From Acidimicrobiales bacterium (GTDB lineage: Bacteria; Actinomycetota; Acidimicrobiia; Acidimicrobiales; DASWMK01), in the NCBI GenBank assembly GCA_036399815.1, contig DASWMK010000057.1, positions 1,226-65,225 on the forward strand: a DNA stretch of 64,000 bases, written 5' to 3'. Below, in pieces: positions 28,158-37,877 of the stretch; position 1 is the first letter of the stretch, and each line of letters starts with the position of its first letter. The notes under the pieces were generated by a model. The model saw only the letters and a program-made list of their open reading frames with translations, made no database searches and was not told the origin of the DNA. The position numbers were made by a program, and so were the translations under genes.

Positions 28158-29180
28158 GTGGCCGTCCTGTTCTCCACGTCACCGCGCTACCTCGACCACG
28201 ACACCGGCGTCGGGCACCCGGAGCGGCCCGCCCGCCTGGACGCGGTGGTCGCCGGCGTGAAGGCGGCCGGCGTGGGCGAGGCCCTCGTCCCGGTCAGCCC
28301 CCGCCCGGCGACGACCGAGGAGCTGACGAGGGTCCACAGCGAGCGCTTCGTCGCCGCCGTCGAGCGCCTCTGCGGGGGCGGCGGCGGCCGCATCGACGCC
28401 GACACGGTGGCCGGGGCGTCGTCCTACGAGGTCGCCGCCCTCGCCGCCGGCGCCGGCCTCGACGCGGTGGAGCGCCTGGAGCGGGGCGAGGCCGACGCCG
28501 CCTTCTGCGCCGTGCGCCCGCCCGGCCACCACGCCACCGCCACCCGGGCCATGGGCTTCTGCCTGTTCAACAACGTCGCCGTCACGGCGGCGGCGCTGGC
28601 CGACCGGGGCGAGCGGGTGCTCGTCGTCGACTACGACGCCCACCACGGCAACGGCACCCAGGACGTGTTCTACGAGGACCCGAGGGTCGTCTACGTCTCG
28701 ATGCACGAGTGGCCGCTCTACCCGGGCACGGGCACGCTCGACGAGACCGGGCGGGGCGACGGCGCCGGCGCCACCGTCAACCTGCCGTTCCCGGCCGGGA
28801 CCACCGGCGACGTCTACCTCGCCGCCCTCGACGAGGTCGTGCTGCCCCTCGCCGAGGCCTTCCGGCCGACGTGGCTGCTCCTCTCGGCCGGCTTCGACGC
28901 CCACCGCCGCGACCCGCTCACCGGGCTGGCGCTCTCGGCCGGCGACTACGCCGACCTGACCGCCCGCCTCGCCGCGCTGGTCCCGCCGGGCCGTCGCCTC
29001 GCCTTCCTCGAGGGGGGCTACGACCTCGAGGGGCTGGCCTCCTCGGCCGGCGCCTGCCTCGCCGCGCTGGCCGGCGGATCGTGGCGCCCGGAGCCGGCCA
29101 CGAACGGCGGTCCCGGCCGGGCCGTGGTGGCCGCGGCCGCCCTCCGCCGGCAGCGCGATTCCCTCAACGACCCCACCTGA
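28158..29180 (+). CDS. histone deacetylase-family (AcuC/arginase-fold) deacetylase
   Basis: Own start at GTG 28158: VAVLFSTSPRYLDHDTGVGHPERPARL... Motifs RPPGHHA, DYDAHHGNGTQ and LEGGY. It is embedded in the longer junk ORF 27453..29180. Confidence 0.9.
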   Translation: MAVLFSTSPRYLDHDTGVGHPERPARLDAVVAGVKAAGVGEALVPVSPRPATTEELTRVHSERFVAAVERLCGGGGGRIDADTVAGASSYEVAALAAGAGLDAVERLERGEADAAFCAVRPPGHHATATRAMGFCLFNNVAVTAAALADRGERVLVVDYDAHHGNGTQDVFYEDPRVVYVSMHEWPLYPGTGTLDETGRGDGAGATVNLPFPAGTTGDVYLAALDEVVLPLAEAFRPTWLLLSAGFDAHRRDPLTGLALSAGDYADLTARLAALVPPGRRLAFLEGGYDLEGLASSAGACLAALAGGSWRPEPATNGGPGRAVVAAAALRRQRDSLNDPT

Positions 29181-29257
29181 CCGGGCGATAGGGATGCACG
29201 GCCGAGCTCGGCCGCCCATCCGCGACCGCCGACGAAGGGGAACAGAGGGGACACCTT

Positions 29258-30337
29258 GTGGTCGACCTGAGCACGCTCCTGGCGCACCTCATGGAGCAGC
29301 GCGGATCTGACCTGCACGTCAAGGTCGGCGGCCCTCCCCGCGTCAGGGTGGACGGGAAGCTCGTCGCCGCGCCGTTCGACCCCGTCACCCCCGCCGACGT
29401 CGACCGCATCGCCAGGGAGATCCTCCCGCCGGGCCGGGCCCAGGAGTTCACCGAGACGGCCGAGGCCGACTTCGCCCACAGCCTCCCCGGCGTCGGCCGC
29501 TTCCGGGTCAACGTGCACCGCCAGCGGGGGACGGTCGGGCTCGTGTTCCGGGTGGTCACCCCCGGGATGCCGACCTACGACGCGCTGGCCATGCCGCCGG
29601 TCGTCACCCGCCTGGTCGACACCCTGCGGGGCCTCGTGCTCGTCACCGGCCCGGCCTCGTCGGGCAAGACGACCACGGTCGCGGCGCTGCTCGACCACCT
29701 GAACCAGCGGGTCGAGGCCCACATCATCACGATCGAGGACCCGATCGAGGTGCTGCACCCCGACAAGCAGTCGATCGTCACCCAGCGGGAGATCGGGACC
29801 GACACGATCGGCTTCGCCGACGCCCTCCGCCGGGCCACCCGCCAGGACCCGGACGTGATCTACCTGTCCGAGGTGCCCGACGCCGAGGTCATGTGGCTGG
29901 CGCTGACGGCCGCCGACACCGGCAACCTCGTGATCTCGACCATGCGGACGACCAGCGCGGTCGAGACGGTGAAGCGGGTGGTCGACTTCTTCCCGTCCCA
30001 GCAGCACCGCCAGGTGCGGCTGCTGCTGGCCCACTCGCTGCGGGGCGTGATCAGCCAGCGGCTGCTGGAGCGGGCCGACGGCAAGGGCAGGACGCCGGCC
30101 GTGGAGGTGCTGGTCGGCACCAACCGGGTGTACGACGCCATCGTCGACGGCAACGACGACGCCCTCGAGCAGCTGATCAGCGAGGGCGAGTACTACGGGA
30201 TGCAGACCTTCGACCAGAGCCTGTTCGACCTCTACAAGGACGGCATGGTGAGCCTGCGCGACGCGCTGGCGGCCGCGTCCCGGCCCGAGGACCTGCGCAT
30301 CGCCCTCCAGGCCGCCGGCCTGACGGCGCCGTACTGA
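29258..30337 (+). CDS. pilT: PilT-like type IV pilus retraction ATPase paralog with degenerate His box
   Basis: 359 aa. Contains SDLHVKVGGPP, Walker A GPASSGKTT, Asp box ITIEDPIE and Walker B DPDVIYLSEV. The His box reads TGNLVISTMRTT where PilT/PilB have TGHLVxSTLHT. Confidence 0.85.
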   Translation: MVDLSTLLAHLMEQRGSDLHVKVGGPPRVRVDGKLVAAPFDPVTPADVDRIAREILPPGRAQEFTETAEADFAHSLPGVGRFRVNVHRQRGTVGLVFRVVTPGMPTYDALAMPPVVTRLVDTLRGLVLVTGPASSGKTTTVAALLDHLNQRVEAHIITIEDPIEVLHPDKQSIVTQREIGTDTIGFADALRRATRQDPDVIYLSEVPDAEVMWLALTAADTGNLVISTMRTTSAVETVKRVVDFFPSQQHRQVRLLLAHSLRGVISQRLLERADGKGRTPAVEVLVGTNRVYDAIVDGNDDALEQLISEGEYYGMQTFDQSLFDLYKDGMVSLRDALAAASRPEDLRIALQAAGLTAPY

Positions 30338-30377
30338 GCCAGGCGGCCGGTCCCGCCCCGGTCGCTACGGTGGGGCC

Positions 30378-31763
30378 GTGGTCCCCGAGCGGCTCCGGGC
30401 CGTGCTCGACGAGGTCCGCCCGCTGGCCGAGCGCTTCGAGCGGGCCGGGCGGCGCGTCTACCTCGTCGGCGGGGTGGTCAGGGACCTGCTGCTCGGCCGG
30501 GAGCTGAGCGGCGACCTCGACCTCACCACCGACGCCCGCCCCGACGAGACCAGGCGGGTCGTCGCCGGCTGGGCCGACGCCGTGTGGGCCCAGGGCGAGC
30601 GGTTCGGCACGGTGGCGATGAAGAAGGACGGGCGCACCTACGAGGTGACGACCCACCGGGCCGACGCCTACCGGCCCGACTCCCGCAAGCCCGACGTGGC
30701 CTTCGCCGACGCCGTCGACGCCGACCTCTCCCGGCGGGACTTCACGGTCAACGCCATGGCCATCGCCCTGCCCGAGCCCCGCCTGATCGACCCGTTCGGC
30801 GGCGCCGCCGACCTCGCCGCCGGGCGCCTGCGGACCCCGCTCGACCCCGAGGTGTCCTTCGGCGACGACCCGCTGCGCATGCTCAGGGCCGCCCGCTTCC
30901 TCGCCGGCTACGGGCTGGTGCCCGAGCCCGAGCTGGTGGCCGCCGTGCGGGCCATGCACCCCCGCCTGGAGATCGTGTCGGCCGAGCGGGTCCGCGACGA
31001 GCTCGACAAGCTGGTGACGGTCCCCGAGCCGGGCGCCGGCCTGTGGTTCCTCTGCGACACGGGCCTGGCCGACGAGTTCCTCCCCGAGCTGCCCGGGCTG
31101 CGGCTGGAGCAGGACCCGATCCACCGGCACAAGGACGTGCTGGCCCACACGATCGCCGTCGTCGAGAAGGTCCGCCCCGAGCACCGGGTCACCCGCCTGG
31201 CCGCCCTGTTCCACGACGTCGGCAAGCCGAAGACCCGCTCGATCGGCCCCGGCGGGGTCAGCTTCCACCACCACGAGGTGGTCGGGGCCCGCATGACCCG
31301 CGAGCGGATGCAGGCGCTGCGCTACCCGACTGACGACGTCGAGCAGGTCAGCCGCCTCGTGTTCCTCCACCTGCGGTTCCACACCTACAAGATGGGGTGG
31401 ACCGACAGCGCCGTCCGCCGGTTCGTGCGCGACGCCGGCGACCAGCTCGACGAGCTCATCGAGCTGACGAGGTGCGACTGCACGACCCGCAACCTGCGCA
31501 AGGCCAAGGCCCTCGACCGGCGCATGGACGAGCTCGAGGAGCGGATCGCCGAGCTGCGGGCCAGGGAGGAGCTGGCCGCCATCCGGCCCGACCTCGACGG
31601 CCGCCAGGTGATGGCCCACCTCGGCGTGCCGCCCGGCCGGGTGGTGGGCGAGGCGCTCGCGTTCCTGCTCGAGCTGCGCCTCGAGGAGGGGCCGCTCGGC
31701 GAGGAGGAGGCCCTCCGCCGCCTCGACGCCTGGTGGGCCGGGCGCCGGGCGGCCGGCGACTGA
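30378..31763 (+). CDS. cca: CCA tRNA nucleotidyltransferase / poly(A) polymerase family (PcnA-like) with HD domain
   Basis: Contains GGVVRDLLLG, DLDLTT and RRDFTVNAM. The HD domain reads HRHKDVLAHT...ALFHDVGKP. Confidence 0.9.
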   Translation: MVPERLRAVLDEVRPLAERFERAGRRVYLVGGVVRDLLLGRELSGDLDLTTDARPDETRRVVAGWADAVWAQGERFGTVAMKKDGRTYEVTTHRADAYRPDSRKPDVAFADAVDADLSRRDFTVNAMAIALPEPRLIDPFGGAADLAAGRLRTPLDPEVSFGDDPLRMLRAARFLAGYGLVPEPELVAAVRAMHPRLEIVSAERVRDELDKLVTVPEPGAGLWFLCDTGLADEFLPELPGLRLEQDPIHRHKDVLAHTIAVVEKVRPEHRVTRLAALFHDVGKPKTRSIGPGGVSFHHHEVVGARMTRERMQALRYPTDDVEQVSRLVFLHLRFHTYKMGWTDSAVRRFVRDAGDQLDELIELTRCDCTTRNLRKAKALDRRMDELEERIAELRAREELAAIRPDLDGRQVMAHLGVPPGRVVGEALAFLLELRLEEGPLGEEEALRRLDAWWAGRRAAGD

Positions 31764-31781
31764 ACGGCGCCGCCGCGGCGG

Positions 31782-32441
31782 CTAGGTCCCGACCTTCCTC
31801 GCCCGCACGACGAGCGTGGTCGGCACGCGGGCGCCGCCGCCCGGGGGCTCGGGCTCGATCAGGGTGTCGACCCGGAAGCCGGCCCTCCCCAGCGCGGTGA
31901 ACAGGTCGGCGACGGTGCGGGGGCGGATGCCGTCGACCGGGGAGCGGTCGAACCAGCTGCGGCCCTGGGCGAGCGCGAACCAGGCCGGGTGGGGGAGGGA
32001 GAGCACGAGCGGCCCCTCCGTCCGCAGCACCCGGTGGACCTGGCGGAACACCCGGCTGAGGTCGTCGACGCGGGCCAGCCCCCAGGCGGCGACGGCGACG
32101 TCGATCGAGTCGGCCCGCACGAACGGCAGCTCGGCCGGGTCACCGTGGTGGACCTCGACCCGGACCCCGGCCCGGTCCGCCGCCCGCCGGGCGCCGGCCA
32201 CCGCGTCGGCCGACGGGTCGACGGCGATCACCTTGGCGCCCTGGCCGGCCATGGCCACGGCGGCCGCCGCCGACGCCGGCCCGCAGCCGAGCCCGAGCAC
32301 CCGCTTCCCGGCGAGCGCCCCGAGCAGCCGGGCCTCGGCCTCCGTCGGGCCCTCGGGCCCGTAGCGGACCTCGGCGGCGCCGGCCGGGCCGTCGCCGTCG
32401 CCGTCGCCCGGGCGGTTCCAGGCCAGGGGGTCGGACGCCAT
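31782..32441 (-). CDS. class I SAM-dependent methyltransferase
   Basis: 219 aa with motif I, VLGLGCGPASAA, followed by VIAVDPS. Confidence 0.8.
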   Translation of the reverse strand: MASDPLAWNRPGDGDGDGPAGAAEVRYGPEGPTEAEARLLGALAGKRVLGLGCGPASAAAAVAMAGQGAKVIAVDPSADAVAGARRAADRAGVRVEVHHGDPAELPFVRADSIDVAVAAWGLARVDDLSRVFRQVHRVLRTEGPLVLSLPHPAWFALAQGRSWFDRSPVDGIRPRTVADLFTALGRAGFRVDTLIEPEPPGGGARVPTTLVVRARKVGT

Positions 32442-32499
32442 GGCCGAAGTGTGGCGCGCCGGGCGGCGCCGTCAGCGGATGGCGTGCGAAGGTGGCGCG

Positions 32500-33198
32500 G
32501 TGCGGGTGGCGACGTTCAACGTGCAGCACGCCAGGCGGCCCGACGGCGCCGTCGACGTCGACGCCCTGGCCAACGCCTGCGCCGGGCTGGCCGCGGACGT
32601 GCTCGCCCTCCAGGAGGTCGACCGGTCCGTCCCCCGGTCGGGCCGGCGGGACCTCGCCGCCGAGGTGGCGCGGCGGTGCGGGGCGGCGTTCGCGTTCGCG
32701 TCGGCCCGGCCCCTCGACGGCGGCGCCTACGGCAACGCCGTCCTCGTGCGGGGCCGCATCGGGGAGGTCCGCGCCCTGCGCCTGCCCCGGCGCGGGCGCC
32801 GGGAGCCGAGGGGCGCGCTGCTCGCTCGGGTCGTCGTCGCGGGCACGGCGCTCGGCGTGGCCGCCACCCACCTCGGCACCGACCAGACGGAGTCGGCCCG
32901 CCAGCTGGCCGCCGTGCTCCGGGCCCTCCGCGACCTGCCCCGCCCGTGGCTGCTGCTCGGCGACCTCAACCGCCACCCCGACCAGGTGCTCGACGCCGTG
33001 ACGGGCGCCGGGCTGGACCTCGTCGGCGGGCCGCCCACCTACCCCGCGGGCGCGCCGGTGGCCCGCATCGACCACGTCGCCCTGGCCGGGCTGCGGGCCG
33101 AGCGGGTCGACGTCGTCCCCGCTCCGGTGAGCGACCACCGGCCGCTCGTGGTCGAGGTGGCCCCCGCCGGGGCAGGGGCCACCGTCGACCTCAGGTGA
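32500..33198 (+). CDS. endonuclease/exonuclease/phosphatase (EEP) family protein
   Basis: Contains VRVATFNVQHA, VLALQEVD and DHRPLVVEV. The track start, ATG 32440, shares a CATG with the divergent methyltransferase start. GTG 32500, preceded by GAAGGTGG, is preferred. Confidence 0.8.
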   Translation: MRVATFNVQHARRPDGAVDVDALANACAGLAADVLALQEVDRSVPRSGRRDLAAEVARRCGAAFAFASARPLDGGAYGNAVLVRGRIGEVRALRLPRRGRREPRGALLARVVVAGTALGVAATHLGTDQTESARQLAAVLRALRDLPRPWLLLGDLNRHPDQVLDAVTGAGLDLVGGPPTYPAGAPVARIDHVALAGLRAERVDVVPAPVSDHRPLVVEVAPAGAGATVDLR

Positions 33199-33208
33199 CG
33201 CTCCGGGC

Positions 33209-34279
33209 TCAGCGCCCGGCGGCGAAGTCCTCCACCATCTGGCGGGCGTCCTCGTCGCGGTACTGCACGGGCGGGCTCTTCATGAAGTAGGCGGACGGGC
33301 CGAGCAGCGGGCCGCCGATGCCGCGGTCCTTCGCCACCTTGGCGCAGCGGACGGCGTCGATGATGACCCCGGCCGAGTTGGGCGAGTCCCACACCTCGAG
33401 CTTGAGCTCGATGTTCAGCGGCACGTCGCCGAAGTTGCGGCCCTCGAGGCGGAGGTAGGCCCACTTGCGGTCGTCGAGCCAGGCGACGTGGTCGCTCGGG
33501 CCGATGTGGACGTCCCTGGCGGCGATGCCGTGGTCGATCTGGCTGGTGACGGCCTGGGTCTTCGAGATCTTCTTCGACTCCAGCCGGTCCCGCTCCAGCA
33601 TGTTCTTGAAGTCCATGTTGCCGCCGACGTTCAGCTGGTAGGTGCGGTCGAGCACCGTGCCACGGTCCTCGAACAGCCGGGCCAGGACCCGGTGGAGGAT
33701 GGTGGCGCCCACCTGGCTCTTGATGTCGTCGCCGACGATCGGCACGCCGGCCAGGGTGAACTTCGCGGCCCACGCCGGGTCGGAGGCGATGAACACGGGG
33801 ATGGCGTTGACGAAGGCCACGCCGGCGTCGATGCAGGCCTGCGCGTAGTGCTTCTGGGCCTCCTCGGAGCCGACCGGCAGGTAGCTGACCAGCACGTCGG
33901 CCCGGGACTCGCGGAGCGCGGCGGCGACGTCGACCGGCTCGGCCGGCGACTCCTCGCAGGTCTCCCGGTAGTAGCGGCCGAAGCCGTCGAGGGTCGGCCC
34001 CCGCAGCACCTCGACGCCGAGCTCGCCGACCGGGGCGAAGCGGATCGTGTTGTTCTGGCCGGCGAAGATCGCCTTGCCCACGTCGAGGCCGACCTTGTCG
34101 GCGTCCACGTCGAAGGCGGCGACGACCTCGATGTCACGGATGTGGTAGCCGCCCAGCTCGACGTGCATGAGGCCGGGCACCTCGTCGGTCGGGTCGGCGT
34201 CCCGGTAGTACTGCAGGCCCTGCACCAGCGAGCTGGCGCAGTTCCCGACGCCCGCGATGGCGAGGCGGATGGGGCTCAT
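33209..34279 (-). CDS. ino1: myo-inositol-1-phosphate synthase
   Basis: Start at ATG 34279 after GGAGGG: [25 protein letters not shown]... Conserved through ...SAYFMKSPP. Confidence 0.92.
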   Translation of the reverse strand: MSPIRLAIAGVGNCASSLVQGLQYYRDADPTDEVPGLMHVELGGYHIRDIEVVAAFDVDADKVGLDVGKAIFAGQNNTIRFAPVGELGVEVLRGPTLDGFGRYYRETCEESPAEPVDVAAALRESRADVLVSYLPVGSEEAQKHYAQACIDAGVAFVNAIPVFIASDPAWAAKFTLAGVPIVGDDIKSQVGATILHRVLARLFEDRGTVLDRTYQLNVGGNMDFKNMLERDRLESKKISKTQAVTSQIDHGIAARDVHIGPSDHVAWLDDRKWAYLRLEGRNFGDVPLNIELKLEVWDSPNSAGVIIDAVRCAKVAKDRGIGGPLLGPSAYFMKSPPVQYRDEDARQMVEDFAAGR

Positions 34280-34902
34280 CGGTGGTTCCCTCCGGTTGGG
34301 GTGGGGACGCCGCGGTCCCGCTCGGCCTCGATGAGACCGTCGAGCCACGCGAGGTCCGACGCCAGGCTCTCGACCTGGTGCTGGAGCAGGGAGAGGCGGT
34401 AGCGGTCGGGCCGCTGCCCGTCCTCCCCCGCCATGGTGAGGGCCGCCTCGGTGGCGGCCATCCGCCCGGCCACGGCGGCCCGGCGGTGCTGGAACAGCGC
34501 GACCCGCCGGTCCGACGGCAGGAAGCGGCAGAAGGCGACGGCGAGGGCGAAGGCCCGGTCGTCGGCCACCTCCCCGGACAGGAGCTCGAGGAAGCGGCGC
34601 TCGCCCCGTTCGGTGATCCCGTACACCTTGCGCCCCCGCCGGTCGCGGCGGGGACGGCGTCGGGCCCGGAAGGCGGCCAGCTCGCCGGCGATCGACCCGG
34701 TCATCGGGGTGGTGGCGACGGCCTCGTCGTCCACCTCGACGGCCTCCACCTCGCCGGCCCGCTCCAGCTTGGCGAGCGCCGGGTACAGCGACCCGAACGA
34801 CACCGAGGCGCGCGGCCCCAGCAGCTCGCCGAGCCGCTTCTTCAGCTCGTAGCCGTGGAGCGGGCGCTCCTTGAGCAGGCCCAGCAGGGCGAGGTCGATC
34901 AC
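34276..34902 (-). CDS. PadR family transcriptional regulator (Rv0047c-like)
   Basis: Contains [19 protein letters not shown]...[15 protein letters not shown]. Its stop overlaps the ino1 ATG (ATGA), the same pairing as in mycobacteria. Confidence 0.88.
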   Translation of the reverse strand: MIDLALLGLLKERPLHGYELKKRLGELLGPRASVSFGSLYPALAKLERAGEVEAVEVDDEAVATTPMTGSIAGELAAFRARRRPRRDRRGRKVYGITERGERRFLELLSGEVADDRAFALAVAFCRFLPSDRRVALFQHRRAAVAGRMAATEAALTMAGEDGQRPDRYRLSLLQHQVESLASDLAWLDGLIEAERDRGVPTPTGGNHR

Positions 34903-35004
34903 TGCGGCGCCACTATATCGGACCGATGTATCAGCGCGACGTGTTTGCGCGTGTTCGTCTCCGACGGAGCCGACCGCCCGGAGCGCTGGCTACCCTTCCT
35001 GTCC

Positions 35005-35406
35005 GTGACGTTCAGCCGGGAGGCGATCAAGGGGGCAGGGGTCGCCGGGCCCGGCACGGTGGACTACCGGCTGGTCCGCCAGTCGGTGATCTCGGAGTTC
35101 CGCAAGGGCCGCCTGGCCCAGCACGAGGTCTGCGACGCCCATCCCGAGCTGCGCCGGGCCGCGCAGCACCACGGCGAGCCGACCTCCCGCGAGTGCCCGA
35201 TCTGCGAGGAGGCGAACGTCGTCCTCGTCACCTACGTGTTCGGCGCCCGGCTGCCGTCGTCGGGGCGGTGCATCAGCCAGAAGGGCGAGCTGTCGAAGCT
35301 GGCCGAGCGGTCCGACCAGCTGGCCTGCTACGTGGTCGAGGTGTGCCCCGAGTGCGCCTGGAACCACCTGACCCGCACGTTCCTCGTCGGCCGGCCGACC
35401 GGGTGA
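35005..35406 (+). CDS. small conserved Cys-containing protein (Rv0049-like, DUF5318-type by recollection)
   Basis: Own start at GTG 35005: VTFSREAIKGAGVAGPGTVDYRLVRQSVISEFRKGRLAQHEVCDAHPELRRAA...CPICEE...CPECAW. Located upstream of ponA, as in M. tuberculosis. Confidence 0.65.
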   Translation: MTFSREAIKGAGVAGPGTVDYRLVRQSVISEFRKGRLAQHEVCDAHPELRRAAQHHGEPTSRECPICEEANVVLVTYVFGARLPSSGRCISQKGELSKLAERSDQLACYVVEVCPECAWNHLTRTFLVGRPTG

Positions 35407-35419
35407 TCGGGCCGGCGTA

Positions 35420-37630
35420 GTGGCCGGGACCAGGGCGGAGCGGCGGGCCGATCGTCGCGCCGGCCACCGCCGGTCGATCCTCTGGCGCTGGCGCCGGCTG
35501 CTGTTCCTCCTCGCCCTGCTCGGCATCGCCGGGGTGGCCGGCGCCGGCTACGTGCTGTCGTCGATCCCCCTGCCGCCCGAGCGGACCCCCGAGCAGACCT
35601 CGTTCATCTGCGGCGCGGACGTCTCGTCGGGCTGCGGGCCGGCCAACGCCATCGCCGAGCTGCACGCCGAGCAGGACCGGGTGCTCGTCGACCTCGACGA
35701 CGTGCCCGGCGTGCTGGTCGACGCCGTCCTCGCGGCCGAGGACCGGGACTTCTTCGACCACGGCGGCATCGACCCGTTCGGCATCGCCAGGGCGGCCTGG
35801 GCCGACATCAGGGACGAGGGCAGGACGCAGGGCGGCTCGACGATCACCCAGCAGTACGTGAAGAACGTGTACCTGTCGAGCGAGCGGACCCTCGTCCGCA
35901 AGCTCAAGGAGGCGGTGCTCGCCGTCAAGCTCGAGCGCGAGCTCGGCAAGGACGAGATCCTCGAGCGCTACCTCAACACCGTCTACTTCGGCCGGGGCGC
36001 GTACGGGGTGGGCGCCGCCGCCCGGGCCTGGTTCGGCAAGCCGGTGGACGAGCTCGGCCTCGCCGAGTCCGCCTACCTGGCCGGGCTCATCCGGGCGCCG
36101 GAGTCGGCCGACTTCTCCGAGCACCCCGACGAGGCGACCAGGCGCCGCCGCACGGTCCTCGACGCCATGGTCCAGGTGGGGACGATCACCCGCCAGGAGC
36201 GCGACCAGGCCGACGCCGTGCCGTGGACCTGGCCGTGGGTGATGCCGAAGGACGAGACCCCGGAGAGCACGGAGGTGACCGACGCCGCCGCCGCGGCCGA
36301 CGCCGAGTACTTCGTCGAGGCCGTCCGCCGGTACCTCTCGGAGCGCTACGGCGACGCCAGGGTCTACGGCGGGGGCCTGCGGGTGTACACGACCATCGAC
36401 CTGCGGATGCAGCAGGCGGCCGTCGACGCCGTCGCCTCGACCCTGGACGAGCCGGGCGACCCTGCGGCCGCGCTGGTGGCCGTGGACGACGGCGGGTTCG
36501 TGCGGGCCATGGTCGGCGGGAACGACTTCGCCACCAACCAGGTCAACCTGGCCCTCGGCCGGGCCGGGGGCGGCAGCGGGCGCCAGCCCGGGTCGACGTT
36601 CAAGGCCGTCGCGCTGGCCGAGGCCGTCCGGGAGGGCTACTCGGTGCTCTCCACGTTCGAGGCCCCGGCCGAGATCACGATCCCCGAGGCCGACGCCGGG
36701 GGCGACTGGGACGTCGAGAACTACGACCAGGCCGAGTACGGCACCCTCGACCTCGTCGACGCCACCCGGCTGTCGGCCAACACGGTGTACGCCCAGCTGA
36801 TGGTCGAGCTGGGCGCCGAGAACGTCGTCCGCATGGCCCACGACCTCGGCGTCACCGCCGACCTCCAGCCCAACAACTCGCTCGTGCTCGGCGGCGGCGA
36901 GGTGTCCGTGCTGGACATGGCCACCGCCTTCAGCACCCTGGCCAACGAGGGCGTGCACCGCACCCCGGTCATGGTGACGAGGGTCGAGACGGCCGACGGG
37001 CAGGTGCTCGAGTCGAACGTGCCGTCGGAGAACGTCGTGCTCACCCCGGAGGAGTCGGCGGTCGTCACCTACTGCCTCCGCCAGGTGATCGCCGACGGGA
37101 CGGGCGTGGCCGCCGCGTTCGGCAAGGAGGCGGCGGGCAAGACGGGCACGACGTCGTCGTATCGGGACGCCTGGTTCGTCGGCTACACGCCGAAGCTGAC
37201 CGCCGCCGTGTGGATGGGCTACCCGGACCCCGACGCCGAGGGCAACCCGGTCCCGATGCTCGACGTCCACGGCCGGCGGGTGACGGGCGGGTCGTTCCCG
37301 GCCGAGATGTGGCGGGCGTTCATGGAGGTCGCCACCGAGGGGATGGACACCGGCGAGTTCCGCGAGCCGGAGGACTTCCAGGGCGTCATCCTCAACGAGG
37401 ACCTGCGCACGACGACCACCGAGGAGCCGCCGTCGACCGCCGCCCCGACGACGACGGAGGAGACGCTGCCGCCGTCGACCGAGCCGCCCTCGACCGAGCC
37501 GCCGACGACCGAGACGATCCCACCGCCCACCACGGGCACGACCCTGCCGCCGACGACGGTGACCCTCCCGCCGACGACGGACACCCTGCCGCCGACGACC
37601 GACACGACGGCGACGACGGGCCCTCCCTAG
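35420..37630 (+). CDS. ponA: class A penicillin-binding protein (transglycosylase/transpeptidase) with Pro/Thr-rich C-terminal tail
   Basis: Glycosyltransferase motifs EDRDFFDHGGID and GGSTITQQY. Transpeptidase motifs STFK, SAN and KTGTT. N-terminal TM anchor. Confidence 0.93.
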   Translation: MAGTRAERRADRRAGHRRSILWRWRRLLFLLALLGIAGVAGAGYVLSSIPLPPERTPEQTSFICGADVSSGCGPANAIAELHAEQDRVLVDLDDVPGVLVDAVLAAEDRDFFDHGGIDPFGIARAAWADIRDEGRTQGGSTITQQYVKNVYLSSERTLVRKLKEAVLAVKLERELGKDEILERYLNTVYFGRGAYGVGAAARAWFGKPVDELGLAESAYLAGLIRAPESADFSEHPDEATRRRRTVLDAMVQVGTITRQERDQADAVPWTWPWVMPKDETPESTEVTDAAAAADAEYFVEAVRRYLSERYGDARVYGGGLRVYTTIDLRMQQAAVDAVASTLDEPGDPAAALVAVDDGGFVRAMVGGNDFATNQVNLALGRAGGGSGRQPGSTFKAVALAEAVREGYSVLSTFEAPAEITIPEADAGGDWDVENYDQAEYGTLDLVDATRLSANTVYAQLMVELGAENVVRMAHDLGVTADLQPNNSLVLGGGEVSVLDMATAFSTLANEGVHRTPVMVTRVETADGQVLESNVPSENVVLTPEESAVVTYCLRQVIADGTGVAAAFGKEAAGKTGTTSSYRDAWFVGYTPKLTAAVWMGYPDPDAEGNPVPMLDVHGRRVTGGSFPAEMWRAFMEVATEGMDTGEFREPEDFQGVILNEDLRTTTTEEPPSTAAPTTTEETLPPSTEPPSTEPPTTETIPPPTTGTTLPPTTVTLPPTTDTLPPTTDTTATTGPP
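37541..37603 (+). repeat. 3 x 21-bp tandem coding repeat (TLPPTT[V/D])
   Basis: ACCCTGCCGCCGACGACGGTG / ACCCTCCCGCCGACGACGGAC / ACCCTGCCGCCGACGACCGAC, inside the ponA tail. Confidence 0.9.
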
Positions 37631-37818
37631 CCGGCCACCTCCTGGTGGGGGTAGTGGGCCCGGCACGGGAAGCACCAGCGCTCGACCTCGTCCTGCACGT
37701 CCACCCGCTCGGGCTCGTCCCAGGCCGCCGGGGTCACGTAGACCCGCCGCACGGCCACCAGGTCGTCCGCGTCGCCCCCGCAGCTCTCGCACCGGCCCAC
37801 CTCGCTCATGCCCCGCAC
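37627..37818 (-). CDS. small hypothetical Cys4 (zinc-ribbon-like) protein
   Basis: 63 aa: ...GRCESCGG...WCFPCRAHY (CxxC...CxxC). Convergent with ponA and overlapping its stop by 4 nt. No family recognised. Confidence 0.4.
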   Translation of the reverse strand: MRGMSEVGRCESCGGDADDLVAVRRVYVTPAAWDEPERVDVQDEVERWCFPCRAHYPHQEVAG

Positions 37819-37877
37819 TTCTACACTCGCGGGCGACCGCCGGCAGCCGAGTGGCGCTGGACGGGAAGGAGGCTCAC

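Noticed and set aside
32439-32442. A single CATG supplies both the ATG of the methyltransferase (minus strand) and the ATG of the longest EEP ORF (plus strand).
   Set aside because: Fully back-to-back starts leave no promoter space for either gene. GTG 32500, with a GAAGGTGG RBS, is a better EEP start, so the shared CATG is probably coincidental.
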